A stretch of DNA of 58,360 bases, from the IMG/VR virus record IMGVR_UViG_3300016472_001092, positions 1-58,360 of that record, one strand, 5' to 3'. The stretch's first letter is position 1. Each line of letters begins with the position of its first letter. The stretch is from a virus (lineage: Duplodnaviria; Caudoviricetes). Below the pieces are notes generated by a model, which searched no databases, was not told the DNA's origin, and was given only the letters and a program-made list of their open reading frames with translations. Position numbers and translations under genes: made by a program. Below are positions 18,272-28,698 of the stretch, in pieces.

Positions 18272-20859
18272 AAATCATACTTTACCTTGAACATGATCTT
18301 ATCTGAATACTTTTTCATGATTGGTTGTGCAAGCTGAGTTTTCATGATGACATTAAGGTTATCGTCATGAAAATTGATTCCCGTGATGTAAACGTAATTG
18401 GGATCAGGTTCATTTGCACTTAAGGATGAAGGCAATTGTTGATATGTCGGATTTGATGATGAATTCAAATGATTCATTGGTGCGAGGGCCTCTATCCTTA
18501 AAACGTGTATGTTTTGTTCACCTTTAAAAGACATCTCAAATTGATCCTTACCAAAGAAGTACAGGTGAGGACTCTTTATCGCGATTATTCCTTCGTTATA
18601 GAATATCGTTCCAACAGAATTCCATTTACAATGTGGTGTTAGCGAATCTGCCCTATACAATGTTCCTTGACCATCGTCCTTAATTGTAATGCTTACTGCA
18701 CCGCCAGATCCAGTCATTGCAGAATCAGTTAAAGTAAAACTTCCGGGTAAAATTCTTGTTCCATAGAACAAGTTGCTAATATCAAAAAAGGTAACTTGAT
18801 TTGATGATGTATCTTGCGTTTTCCATGAAACAGAATATGGAACTTGACTTTGAGTAACAAAAAGTCTTTCCGGCGCATTATAACGTTGTAAATTTGAAGC
18901 CGCAAGTGGAAGGTAAGTTGTTAATAAGAAGTTTAAGTTAGCAACTGGATTCTTGGTTGGATTTAGCGGAGAAAAACCAATATTATCATTTACGTAAGTA
19001 TTTTCTTTATTTTCAGTTTCAGCAGGGTTATTTGTAACAAAATATTGATCATTTTTTCTTGAACCACTAAAGACAACATCACTAAAATTTAAGTTTATAA
19101 ATCCATCTGATTTATTTCCTAAATCATCTACATAGGCAGTTTTATAAGGATCAATATTCCAATCTACAAATTCATTAAGAGCGTCTCCGATTGCAACTTT
19201 AATTGATTTTGAAGATAAAACATCATAATTTGGATAAAAATTTCCATCATCACAAGGCAAAATTGAAAGATTTCGTCTTCTTACTGAAGGTTGATCATAC
19301 AAAATTTGGTTTGCTGTTTTACCTACGTTTGAACCAGCGGGAACTAAAGAAGCAGATAAAAACAATTGTCTTGGGTGTCTATTTGAGGAAAAATCTTTTA
19401 AAAAATTCTCAGTATTTATGTAATGACCATCAACCCCAAATGCCATGGAAACGTTAAAAGGAGTTGTTGTCATTCCTGTAGTCGCTATAGATGGAGTGTA
19501 TGGAACTCCAGCAATAGGCACGTTATCACCATTAATAGTAGCAATTTTTCTAATCGGTGAATCAATACAGAAAAATGGTGGAAGATAAAAACAAACATCT
19601 TTTAAATTTGAAATTCCTGTTGAACTTGACAGTTGGATATCGGTGTCAGTTACATAAAATCTTTTTATTGAAAGATCATGAATTTCAGATTGCAACGGAT
19701 GGTTAAAAGAAAAAGTATTAGGTTGTTGTTGACTACCAATTCCAGTAATTAAAGTATACAATCCTTCATATGATGAAGGATATACGTTAAAAAATATTTT
19801 TAATCTATCGTTACCAGTATTTCTACCTTCATAATAATTTCCAACACATAAAACGTCTGGATTTGTTGGAACCATTGTGTTATTTAAATAAGCTTTCGGT
19901 AGAATGGTTCCTGAAGGAATTACAAACATCCCTTTATCTACACCATCAACATTGAAAGAGCCGGTTCCTTGATTAATCAAGTTGGTTCCCCAGCGCACCA
20001 CAACATGGTGCCAATTGTTCCACTTTAACGCATTATCTTCTGATAAAAAGACTAAATCACGAGGATATGGACCAGAGGTAGCTAATGATGGTGAAATATC
20101 TGCGCTGTGACTTAACTGAAGTTGTAATCTAAAAGCAGAAGGAAGACCATTTACATCTTTTGCAGACCCAGTTACTAGCGACAATGCGTAGCTAGAAGAT
20201 AAATGGAATATCGTTCCTGCCTTAAAATGACCTTGTGAATCTAACGTTCTATACCTGGGATTGATGTAAAAATCAAAACTAAAAGCGCCGCTCAGAGAAT
20301 ATCTTCCAGTTGCATACCCGGAAGGCGTTGAACCATCATTGACATTCGGGTATAGTAAAACAGAAGATGTCGGTACAGTCGGTGATGAAAAAAAGTTAAG
20401 ACTGTGGTAATTTGAATAACCCCAGTGCGCAGAGGGATACTGGGTTCGATAATAGTGTGAAAGATTATCTTTTATCGCAAGCTTTTTTAATGATGCACTT
20501 GTAAAAGTGTTTGATGGAGTGAATCGAATGACATCTAAAAGCTTTTTATTTTTTAACGATGTTTTTTCTACGTTAACACCATTTAAATAACCTTCCATTG
20601 AATCAGCAATGTTGAGTTTAGACCCAGGAAAAGCTTTTACAAAGGAATTTAATCCAGACCAAAAAGTGTAAAGCTGTGATTCATCAACAGGAGTTGTGGG
20701 ATCATTAACAGGTGAAATGTCTTTTTCTATTGATGAACGCCTTGGGAAAACATAAATCGAACCCGTAACCCCATTAGAACTAGATGAATAGTATCTTGAC
20801 GGATTTGTTGATACGGTTATGCTTTGATAATCCGTTGGGTTTATCTTGAAAATAGACAT
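18268..20859 (-). CDS. Virion structural protein with a LamG/ConA-like region (tail/baseplate)
   Basis: FSFDFYINP and WHHVVVRW (LamG-like); C-terminal YITGINFHDDNLNVIMKTQLAQP..K...KYDF is paralogous to the end of the upstream gene. Confidence 0.65.
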   Translation of the reverse strand: MSIFKINPTDYQSITVSTNPSRYYSSSSNGVTGSIYVFPRRSSIEKDISPVNDPTTPVDESQLYTFWSGLNSFVKAFPGSKLNIADSMEGYLNGVNVEKTSLKNKKLLDVIRFTPSNTFTSASLKKLAIKDNLSHYYRTQYPSAHWGYSNYHSLNFFSSPTVPTSSVLLYPNVNDGSTPSGYATGRYSLSGAFSFDFYINPRYRTLDSQGHFKAGTIFHLSSSYALSLVTGSAKDVNGLPSAFRLQLQLSHSADISPSLATSGPYPRDLVFLSEDNALKWNNWHHVVVRWGTNLINQGTGSFNVDGVDKGMFVIPSGTILPKAYLNNTMVPTNPDVLCVGNYYEGRNTGNDRLKIFFNVYPSSYEGLYTLITGIGSQQQPNTFSFNHPLQSEIHDLSIKRFYVTDTDIQLSSSTGISNLKDVCFYLPPFFCIDSPIRKIATINGDNVPIAGVPYTPSIATTGMTTTPFNVSMAFGVDGHYINTENFLKDFSSNRHPRQLFLSASLVPAGSNVGKTANQILYDQPSVRRRNLSILPCDDGNFYPNYDVLSSKSIKVAIGDALNEFVDWNIDPYKTAYVDDLGNKSDGFINLNFSDVVFSGSRKNDQYFVTNNPAETENKENTYVNDNIGFSPLNPTKNPVANLNFLLTTYLPLAASNLQRYNAPERLFVTQSQVPYSVSWKTQDTSSNQVTFFDISNLFYGTRILPGSFTLTDSAMTGSGGAVSITIKDDGQGTLYRADSLTPHCKWNSVGTIFYNEGIIAIKSPHLYFFGKDQFEMSFKGEQNIHVLRIEALAPMNHLNSSSNPTYQQLPSSLSANEPDPNYVYITGINFHDDNLNVIMKTQLAQPIMKKYSDKIMFKVKYDF

Positions 20860-20868
20860 TTATTTCTA

Positions 20869-22077
20869 TCAAAAATCAAGGCGAACTCTAAACGTAAGAT
20901 CCCTCTCTGCGCTCTTTTCAACCGGTCTACTTAGTTTAGCAACAGCTAGAAGATTATCATTTGCGTCATAAAGACCGACAGAGGTGACAAACGTAAATGA
21001 TTGTTGGGTATCTTCACTTCCGGGATCAATGACAACGATCTTATTGTTACTGTCAGTAAATGTTGGATTTGATGAATAATTGAATTCATCAGCAGCGGCT
21101 CTACAGAATATCAAAGTGCTATTGATGTTCGTTGTATTTTGAAATGTTATTGCAGTTTGAGATCCTGAACTAAACCTCGTAGCACAAATATGATCAACTA
21201 TGTTATCTATTGATGCAGAAACTATAAAATCAGGAATAAACTTTGAGATGCCTGAAGTTTCAGTTCCAGTACCTCCCAATATTGTAAAGCCAGTCGGTGT
21301 CATGGCGTCTATTGTTCCTGAAACGAATTGGCTTCCAGAAGTAATTTTCTCTAAATCAAGGACAGCTATCCCTCTATCATAAAACAATAATCCTACCGTC
21401 CTCGTGGTGTCAGCGGCGTCGACTATATTTCCTAGTTGTCCACCGAATTCAGTGTATTTCTGATTAGATGATCCTATATCGGTATAAATTGACACTCCTG
21501 ATTCTGATGTCTTATACAAATTTTGTATGTCTGCACCACCATCATATCTTGCTAGTGATGCAGATTGGTAGAACCTCATAGCAAAAGATTCACGTTTAAT
21601 TTGATCTCTTGCAAACAATCTCTTAAATGCCAAGAAAAATGCTGCATCAATTTTATCATTTGCAGCGACTGAACCGTAAGGCGCAACGAATTGATAATCA
21701 GCATCTCCAAGTAATAACTGTGAGAATTGTCGATAATTGTCCATCTTTTCTCTCATCATCAATGATGATGAAGGAAACAGTTCCTTACCGACAGAATCAA
21801 CTCCCGCCAAAGAAGATGACACAATGTCAGAATTTTGAAATAAACCTATCGTACAATCAAAAACCTGGTTTGATGTTTGAAGTGTAAAATCCTGATCATA
21901 TACCGTCTGAAATAATGATGACGTAATTCCGGGACCTATACCTCCAGTAACAAAGACTTGGTACTTTCTTCTAGAGGTAGATCCGCTGATGTCTTCTTGA
22001 ATTATATCAATTAACTGACTCAAAAAAGATTTAGCAGTTTTTACGTCTGATGGTTCTAAATTTTTATAAGTTGCCAT
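20869..22077 (-). CDS. Virion structural protein (tail/baseplate)
   Basis: C-terminal EFNYSSNPTF...FVTSVGLYDANDNLLAVAKLSRPVEK...RLDF. Confidence 0.68.
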   Translation of the reverse strand: MATYKNLEPSDVKTAKSFLSQLIDIIQEDISGSTSRRKYQVFVTGGIGPGITSSLFQTVYDQDFTLQTSNQVFDCTIGLFQNSDIVSSSLAGVDSVGKELFPSSSLMMREKMDNYRQFSQLLLGDADYQFVAPYGSVAANDKIDAAFFLAFKRLFARDQIKRESFAMRFYQSASLARYDGGADIQNLYKTSESGVSIYTDIGSSNQKYTEFGGQLGNIVDAADTTRTVGLLFYDRGIAVLDLEKITSGSQFVSGTIDAMTPTGFTILGGTGTETSGISKFIPDFIVSASIDNIVDHICATRFSSGSQTAITFQNTTNINSTLIFCRAAADEFNYSSNPTFTDSNNKIVVIDPGSEDTQQSFTFVTSVGLYDANDNLLAVAKLSRPVEKSAERDLTFRVRLDF

Positions 22078-22081
22078 TTTT

Positions 22082-22813
22082 TCACGTTGTTTGTAGTATG
22101 TTAACCGCGATATCCTTAACGGTACCTGACTGCATTCCAGTAACCCTTACATATGATTTTATGGTGTTCTTTGTTACACCGGTTCCATAAACATCAAACA
22201 TTGTTTGAGTTAAAGATTTAACGCCAACAGAAAAATTCAAAATTGAACCACCCGACGTTGCAGACGTAGAAGACTTCGTCAAAACATAATATGCTCTTTG
22301 CATATTATCAACGTTATTTGGGCTCACTAAACCATCATTAACCCTTAAGAAAAGATTTGGAACGTCAACAGAAAAAATCTGATCCCTTAACTCAACGTCT
22401 ATTGTTGTCTGGTTTAATAATGTTTGCTCTATTGTAATGCTAGCTGACGTTTTTAATCCCTTAGAACCACCGGTCGTATAAACAGTGACTACTTCACCTG
22501 ATACTGAAGAATCACCGGTAAGTGTAAAACTTGGAAGGCTTATTAGGTTAGGGTTTGAAACACTTACAAGCTTATATTTTTGTGCCTGTGATTGATTGGT
22601 TAATGCTTCAAATATGGGAGTATTTTTTTCTATCTTCTCTCGACCAACGCTTCTTCCGTATTTGGTCACTATTCCATAATTGACTTCATCGTCACCTAAT
22701 GCAAATTTAAAAAGGCTAAATGAACCATCGTTTCTTGACAAGAATTGTCTACCGGTGTCGGTTAATACCGCGTCTAAAATGATGTTATTTGTACTATGAT
22801 CAAGAAACCCCAT
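22082..22813 (-). CDS. Virion structural protein (baseplate/tail-collar-like N-terminus)
   Basis: MGFLD...ILDAVLTDTGRQFLS...FKFALGDDEVNY; GAGG RBS. Confidence 0.65.
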   Translation of the reverse strand: MGFLDHSTNNIILDAVLTDTGRQFLSRNDGSFSLFKFALGDDEVNYGIVTKYGRSVGREKIEKNTPIFEALTNQSQAQKYKLVSVSNPNLISLPSFTLTGDSSVSGEVVTVYTTGGSKGLKTSASITIEQTLLNQTTIDVELRDQIFSVDVPNLFLRVNDGLVSPNNVDNMQRAYYVLTKSSTSATSGGSILNFSVGVKSLTQTMFDVYGTGVTKNTIKSYVRVTGMQSGTVKDIAVNILQTT

Positions 22814-22881
22814 AAGTCCTCACAAAATCTTACTTGTAACTATCACTAAAGTAAAACTTTTATACTACGTGTAATCATAAA

Positions 22882-22899
22882 AAGATTTTTAAAAATCTT
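22882..22899. repeat. Perfect 18-bp palindrome
   Basis: AAGATTTTTAAAAATCTT immediately after the stop of the 621-aa gene. Confidence 0.4.
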
Positions 22900-24763
22900 A
22901 AGCCAGTTTACCACTTGTTAAATCTGCAAGTTTGATTTCAACGTTTCTACTTTTTTGATTATCTATGTTAATAAAATTTAACACATACTTTGAAACCGAA
23001 GATTGATTTGACGGAGAAGTATTTGAAATTATTTTTGTTTTTGAATTATCATCGTTTTTTATAAAATAGCATAAAGGCGTAAAATAAACGTTAACAACGT
23101 TCTTTGATGAAGTTTTGATTGTGTCAACAAAAAGATCTTTTTCAAGATACATGTTTGGATATTGTTTAGGAGCACCCGCAATTGAAACTAACTCTTTAGT
23201 AAGTTTGTTATTAAAAGAATCAAACCTAACCCTAAATTGTTCTGAGTAGTTTGAAGTTAATCCATGCGCATCTATCGATGCAAGTGAATATATGTACTCA
23301 GATGATTTCATGAAATCATCATCATAAAAACTTAACACTGGGTTTGGTAAAGTGTTTTCTATTGCTGTGGGATTTATCATGTCATCAAGGTCTTGAAACT
23401 TAACGATTGAATCGTTAAAATCGAACATTTTTATTAGTTCAAATGGTTCATTAATACTTTTTCTTCTAAAAAGTTGAAATTTCTTAATATCCATTTGAGA
23501 ATTTATGGGATATGACCAACAGATTAATAAAGATCCCCTAATTCCGGTGTTAGGAAGAATCTTGTTACTTGAATGATCAAACGTTGCTGTCACTGGATTA
23601 AAACGATCATAATCCCAAACATACTTTACTTCTACCGGTGGAGGAGGGGCAATTGCTTCAGACGTCTCTGCATATGCTATTACTGATTTTGAGCTCACTA
23701 GTGATTTAACTTTAAAAAAGTTAAGGTTTTCTTTGCCGACTGAGTTATACGTTACACTTGCTATCGTTTTTATCTTATAGACATAAATGGCTCCATACCT
23801 TACGTTAAGATCTATGTAACCATTAACAGATCCACCTTCTATGATGATTGGATCGTGATTTTTTATAGTTTTATCAGAAAATAGCTCTACTTTTTCGATC
23901 AAGTATCCAACAATTTCAACAGTTGGATCACCTTCTGATGACTCCTTTTGATACCATGGTATTGATGGTTTGAATTCATCATCACTTAAATCAAAATTGC
24001 TGTTGATCGTTTTTACTTTTTTTGCAAATTCTAACTGAGCTTCACTTGCAAATGATTCATTATTTAAGTGATAAGAACCTGATGCTTGCAAAAACAATTC
24101 ATACAAAAAATTATTATTAATTTGCGAATTAAACTTTACCGTCTTCAATCTTTTAAAATATGGATTTATGACATTACTTTTAAAAAATGTTCCGCCTTTT
24201 TGTAATTGTAGTGATGTCACTTGACCTATAACTTCACTGTTTGATTCACCATAAAGTGATTGTGAGTTTACTATAAAATTTGGTAATTTGTTCTGATAAT
24301 CAACTTGGCCGTTTTGTTTTACTTCTTTTGACAATCCGTTAAACAAAGAAGAAACCTGCTCATCTAATGATCCTCCACTGACGTTAACTGACGTATAGTA
24401 CCCAGAAGCAAACTTATCCTCTGCAACTATTTTTGAAAAGTTATCTTTCAAAAATTTTCTTAAATCGCTAGTGAAGTTTGATTGTTTTAAAAAATTCACA
24501 CCTGATGGAGGTGAATAACTTAACTTAATATAACGAGGAGCTTTTTTTAAATCATTTTCAGAACCAAAACTTTCACTTGTTTGTTTCGATAGAATGTTTT
24601 GAGAACTATTCATTTTTTCCAGTACGTAGTCAGTAAAAATGTTTGTATCATTTGTGACTTCATCCGGAGTGTAAAAGTTATAAACAAACTTTGATTCGAA
24701 GTTTGAAACTTCAGGTATGTCAATTGAATAAATTAATTTTGAAGGTACCGTTTTTATTCCCAT
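22898..24763 (-). CDS. Hypothetical virion protein with probable FN3/Ig-like domains
   Basis: GYLIEK...YIDLNV.YG..YVYKI and PPPP...W...FQLFRR...YIYSLASIDAHGLTSNYS patterns. Confidence 0.6.
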   Translation of the reverse strand: MGIKTVPSKLIYSIDIPEVSNFESKFVYNFYTPDEVTNDTNIFTDYVLEKMNSSQNILSKQTSESFGSENDLKKAPRYIKLSYSPPSGVNFLKQSNFTSDLRKFLKDNFSKIVAEDKFASGYYTSVNVSGGSLDEQVSSLFNGLSKEVKQNGQVDYQNKLPNFIVNSQSLYGESNSEVIGQVTSLQLQKGGTFFKSNVINPYFKRLKTVKFNSQINNNFLYELFLQASGSYHLNNESFASEAQLEFAKKVKTINSNFDLSDDEFKPSIPWYQKESSEGDPTVEIVGYLIEKVELFSDKTIKNHDPIIIEGGSVNGYIDLNVRYGAIYVYKIKTIASVTYNSVGKENLNFFKVKSLVSSKSVIAYAETSEAIAPPPPVEVKYVWDYDRFNPVTATFDHSSNKILPNTGIRGSLLICWSYPINSQMDIKKFQLFRRKSINEPFELIKMFDFNDSIVKFQDLDDMINPTAIENTLPNPVLSFYDDDFMKSSEYIYSLASIDAHGLTSNYSEQFRVRFDSFNNKLTKELVSIAGAPKQYPNMYLEKDLFVDTIKTSSKNVVNVYFTPLCYFIKNDDNSKTKIISNTSPSNQSSVSKYVLNFINIDNQKSRNVEIKLADLTSGKLA

Positions 24764-24823
24764 ATGACTATATCACTTTATTAAATTGACGATTTTTCCT
24801 TATTGCCATCAAACATATGATTT

Positions 24824-24934
24824 GAAGTTGTTGCTAGAAGATTTGCCTAATCTTGAGGCACCGCGAGCGCGGCGGCGAGCCAACCCGGCGAGGGCGAGAA
24901 ATTGTTGCTAGAAGATTTGCCTAAGCTTGAGGCA
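24824..24934. repeat. 37-bp direct repeat (2 mismatches) flanking a 37-bp GC-rich insert
   Basis: GAARTTGTTGCTAGAAGATTTGCCTAAKCTTGAGGCA at 24824-24860 and 24898-24934; spacer CCGCGAGCGCGGCGGCGAGCCAACCCGGCGAGGGCGA. Confidence 0.85.
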
Positions 24935-27900
24935 ATATTTGCTTTTTGTAATTCTAACTTTTCAGTATAAGATTCAATAACAACAAAGTAGGAGTTCAAA
25001 GAAGCATCTTGAAAAGATTTATCTGCATCAATAAACAAATTTTCATTAGGATTCGGTTTAACTAACTTTCCTTCACGAACATAGCCGTCTAATAATTGAC
25101 TAAGGCTTCTGCCTTTTAATAGTTCTTTATTCAATGAATTGGTTGACTCATAATCAACTATAAACTCTGGATCAAAAATGATATTGTAAACTCTGTCAAA
25201 CTTTTTTGGTTGTAAAAGTCTTGAAATATATGGGTCGGGGTCTGGTAGTGATAAAACTGCACTATTGTTTGTTGCCTTACGAGGAGAAGTTTTGTCTGAT
25301 AAAAGGTTTAACTCAATTGATACTTGAGAATTAATCAAAGATTTATTTAATTCCTCAAGCTCCGTAGCGCTTGAAACAACAAATGATGAATCATTTACTT
25401 TTAATCCTGAGATTAGTTGAATGTAATTTTCAAGTAAAAAGCTTTTTATATGATTTGATAAAACTTCTTGCTTTTCATCTTGTGATAAAAATGAGTATTC
25501 ATCACCAAAAGAGTTTGATTCATCACCCCAGTATTCCTGTTGACCATCCTTAATCATATTTTTATCAGCAAACAAGGAATAATTTCTTGTAGGGAATGAC
25601 TTATAATAAGTGTCAGACTTACCTGAATCAATATTTTTTATTAGTGAGTTTACTCTTACAGGAAACCTAGACGCTTCAAACAAAAATGATTGTGGTAGAT
25701 AAACAATATTATCGTTTAAAAGATCCATCTTATAGATCAAGATCTTAAAAATATCGTTATGTTTATTTGCATAAGAATTTTTTGTAGTTGTTTTATAAAA
25801 TAAACTTTTTAGTAAACCTGGTGGGATTCCAATAGAAATAACTTGTTTGTTATATCCTTTGCCTTTCCTATACTCAGGAAGTTTAAAAAATCCATTTAAA
25901 GCATTTACTATTTTTACCGAGTGTGGTAAACCTTCATGGCTTTTTAAAAATAATTCATTAGATGTTTGATTTTCAGTAGCAATACTTTGAAAAGATTTAT
26001 ACAAATCTTCAAAGTACGAGATAACAATCAAAAGTTGTGGTTCTCTTAACAATAAACTAAGTTTTTTAGTATCATTATTCAAGTAAGTTGAAATACGATC
26101 TATTATTGATGTATCAAATTGTTTTATTTGATTAATAGAAGATTGAAAATTTGAACGTAATACGTTCATTGAATTAATAACAGAAAAAGACAAAGACAAA
26201 TAACGATTTATTTCTTGCTCTATTAATGAAATAATGTTATTTTTTCTTCCTAAATTAATTTTTTTCTTTGCATCTATTAAGTTGTCTTGTGTAAACTCTG
26301 TTAAAATAGTCAGTCTTTCAGGTATAAAAACAGAAGTTGCTCCGCTAACGGCATTTATTGCGGCAGCCTCTGCGGCAAAAGCGGCCGCTTCAAGTTGAGC
26401 GTTTCCACCACTGGCATTAGCTGCTGCTCTCGCTGTTTCCGCAATTTCAATAAGTTTTTTTTCAGCATCTGAATACGTCGGAATAAGTTTATTTTTTTCA
26501 AGAAATAATCCCACTAACCTAACGTTAGTAAACATTGCAACTATTTTACATATTCCATTAAAAACTAGCGGACATAAAAAATTTAAATTAGTAAAGTTAA
26601 GTGTTTTAAGTATATTTGCAACAGTTTTTATTAATCCTATTTTTCCGCTTTTTTCTAAAACATCTTTTAATTCAGTCGAACTATTATTGCTTACAGAATG
26701 ATATGAAGATCTTACAACCCTATCACCAAATTCATCTAAAGATGGAGGTGATTTTTTTTCTCCAACAACATTATAAATAATATCAAAAAGTTTATTTGAA
26801 ACCGTAACCGATGAAGTTGTAGAGTTGGTTAAAGAAATTTCATATGCATAACTGTATAAAACATTTCTTATTTTTCTACCAACTTCATCATTTTTTGAAG
26901 CTCTTTCAAAAAGAGCCACAATATCATTGTCATCTGGAATTGTAGATTCAGTTAATTTAGTTTTAGTACCTCCAATAAAATTTCCATCTTTATCAAGAAA
27001 CTTATTTAATACACTTTTGAAAAACGTTGATGGATTAAAAGATAATGTTGAAACATCCAATGAAGCTAAATTTGGTAAAATGCCAGCTTCTAATAATAGT
27101 GATCCAATATCTTTATCTTCAACCGTAGGAATAAGTGCAACATTTGACATAAAGTCAAAAAAAGTTTTATCTAAATTTTCTAAAACAACTTTAAAATCAT
27201 TAAGTTTATTAACGTTCAAAAAATTGATTAATAAATTTTCAGTGTCATCATTACCAAAAAAATAATTTTCACCTATCATAGAGTTAGTTGGAACACTAAC
27301 TTTTTCAAAAGTTAGAACTGTTTTTGAAGCATCATTAATATCCCTAAAATAAGAGATGTCAGATAGCTTTGTTCCACTATATGTTTGATTTTTTTCAAAA
27401 ACAATTTTTGATGTTGTGTAAGTTCCAAAAAGTGAATCCAACAATTGGTCTCTTACGGTAAAATCAGTGGTAGTTTTTCTTAAAGTTAGTAATGTACGAT
27501 GAGATAATTCCTTTATTGTAAGATAAAACGTTAGTGCTATTATTGAATCATTATCTTTAATTTTTGAAAAGACATCATCAATAGTTTTAAATCTTGTGTG
27601 ATTTTCTAGATCAAAATCAAAAGGAATGTCTACAAATTTTTTTACCGACACCCTAATATCACTTTTCAAATTAGGAAAAAAAGATTCATTACTAAAAAAT
27701 TGATTTTTTTGTTCCAACTGTGTCTTCGGAACTATAAAAGATAAAGAATGTGAGCGAATCAATTCTTTTAACTCATTTATTGCAACCATCCACAATTTTG
27801 TTCCTGAAAAATTTTTAGCAACATTTGCCTCATCAAATGCAATTTCAAGAGATTTTTGTAAGTTTAACTTAGATTCCATTTTTTTTGCAAATGGAATTAA

Positions 27901-28698
27901 CAAATCTTTTGTTGCTTTTGTTCCTGATGAAAAATTTTTATTCACAAACAACGTTGGAGAGTACTCATAAATGTTGTTTGTAAGGTCAAAGTGAGATGTT
28001 TTTGCAACGTTAATAAATTTAATGATGTTTACTATCTGGTTGAGTTGATTTCTTATTGTTGAAATGTCTTTTTTCAAACTTTCATTTTGACTTTTTATGA
28101 ATTTTTGATCAATTCCAGATAGTAGTGAACTACTGGTTGAGTCAACTTGTCTCAAAGATTCAACAAAAACGTCAAATAATTCACCATCATCTGTTTTTGT
28201 GCTTTCGTTTACATACAAAGGATTGAACTTCGACAACATTATGATTTCTGGTCTGATTTCAGATATGTTAGTTAACTCTTCACTTGACTTTTTATCAATG
28301 TTGTTAGAATCCTTATTATGCTGATTTTTAAAATCATTATCTTTACCCAAGTTACCTAGAAATATGTTTGAGCCACTTTTTGTTTCTGATGCAAAAGACC
28401 CATTTAATGGAACCATTGATGGAATTTTTACTTGAGAATTTATAGAATTTTTTGTAGACTCCGAGACAGTTAGGGTGTTTGAAACCTGTTGATTGGTGTT
28501 AGAGACCTGCTGTATGGTTGTTTGTTGAGATGCAGTTTGTGCCTGATTAGGGTTTAATGTTTGCTTTGCAGGTAAGATTTGACCAAGTAATGATGTCTCA
28601 GTTTTTCTAGGAACTGGTTGTGTTTGAACATTACCTGTTTTTATAAACGATTTATTGTTAGATCTAGGTGCTTTAAATGGCATAATTACAAACCTCAA
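24847..28698 (-). CDS. Large hypothetical protein (1283 aa), probably virion-associated
   Basis: Long ORF in the structural cluster with a Q/S/T-rich N-terminus and no recognised motif. The true start may be the ATG at 28683. Confidence 0.65.
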   Translation of the reverse strand: MRFVIMPFKAPRSNNKSFIKTGNVQTQPVPRKTETSLLGQILPAKQTLNPNQAQTASQQTTIQQVSNTNQQVSNTLTVSESTKNSINSQVKIPSMVPLNGSFASETKSGSNIFLGNLGKDNDFKNQHNKDSNNIDKKSSEELTNISEIRPEIIMLSKFNPLYVNESTKTDDGELFDVFVESLRQVDSTSSSLLSGIDQKFIKSQNESLKKDISTIRNQLNQIVNIIKFINVAKTSHFDLTNNIYEYSPTLFVNKNFSSGTKATKDLLIPFAKKMESKLNLQKSLEIAFDEANVAKNFSGTKLWMVAINELKELIRSHSLSFIVPKTQLEQKNQFFSNESFFPNLKSDIRVSVKKFVDIPFDFDLENHTRFKTIDDVFSKIKDNDSIIALTFYLTIKELSHRTLLTLRKTTTDFTVRDQLLDSLFGTYTTSKIVFEKNQTYSGTKLSDISYFRDINDASKTVLTFEKVSVPTNSMIGENYFFGNDDTENLLINFLNVNKLNDFKVVLENLDKTFFDFMSNVALIPTVEDKDIGSLLLEAGILPNLASLDVSTLSFNPSTFFKSVLNKFLDKDGNFIGGTKTKLTESTIPDDNDIVALFERASKNDEVGRKIRNVLYSYAYEISLTNSTTSSVTVSNKLFDIIYNVVGEKKSPPSLDEFGDRVVRSSYHSVSNNSSTELKDVLEKSGKIGLIKTVANILKTLNFTNLNFLCPLVFNGICKIVAMFTNVRLVGLFLEKNKLIPTYSDAEKKLIEIAETARAAANASGGNAQLEAAAFAAEAAAINAVSGATSVFIPERLTILTEFTQDNLIDAKKKINLGRKNNIISLIEQEINRYLSLSFSVINSMNVLRSNFQSSINQIKQFDTSIIDRISTYLNNDTKKLSLLLREPQLLIVISYFEDLYKSFQSIATENQTSNELFLKSHEGLPHSVKIVNALNGFFKLPEYRKGKGYNKQVISIGIPPGLLKSLFYKTTTKNSYANKHNDIFKILIYKMDLLNDNIVYLPQSFLFEASRFPVRVNSLIKNIDSGKSDTYYKSFPTRNYSLFADKNMIKDGQQEYWGDESNSFGDEYSFLSQDEKQEVLSNHIKSFLLENYIQLISGLKVNDSSFVVSSATELEELNKSLINSQVSIELNLLSDKTSPRKATNNSAVLSLPDPDPYISRLLQPKKFDRVYNIIFDPEFIVDYESTNSLNKELLKGRSLSQLLDGYVREGKLVKPNPNENLFIDADKSFQDASLNSYFVVIESYTEKLELQKANIASSLGKSSSNNFSPSPGWLAAALAVPQD

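Noticed and set aside
24781-24849. TAG stop-codon reassignment (read-through would extend the ORF to TAA at 24781)
   Set aside because: Long structural genes are intact in the standard code with no in-frame TAG, and the single TAG is explained by the local duplication.
24824-24934. Bona fide CRISPR array
   Set aside because: Only two repeat copies, one of them in-frame coding sequence, with no cas genes or leader in the window. Kept as a repeat finding only.
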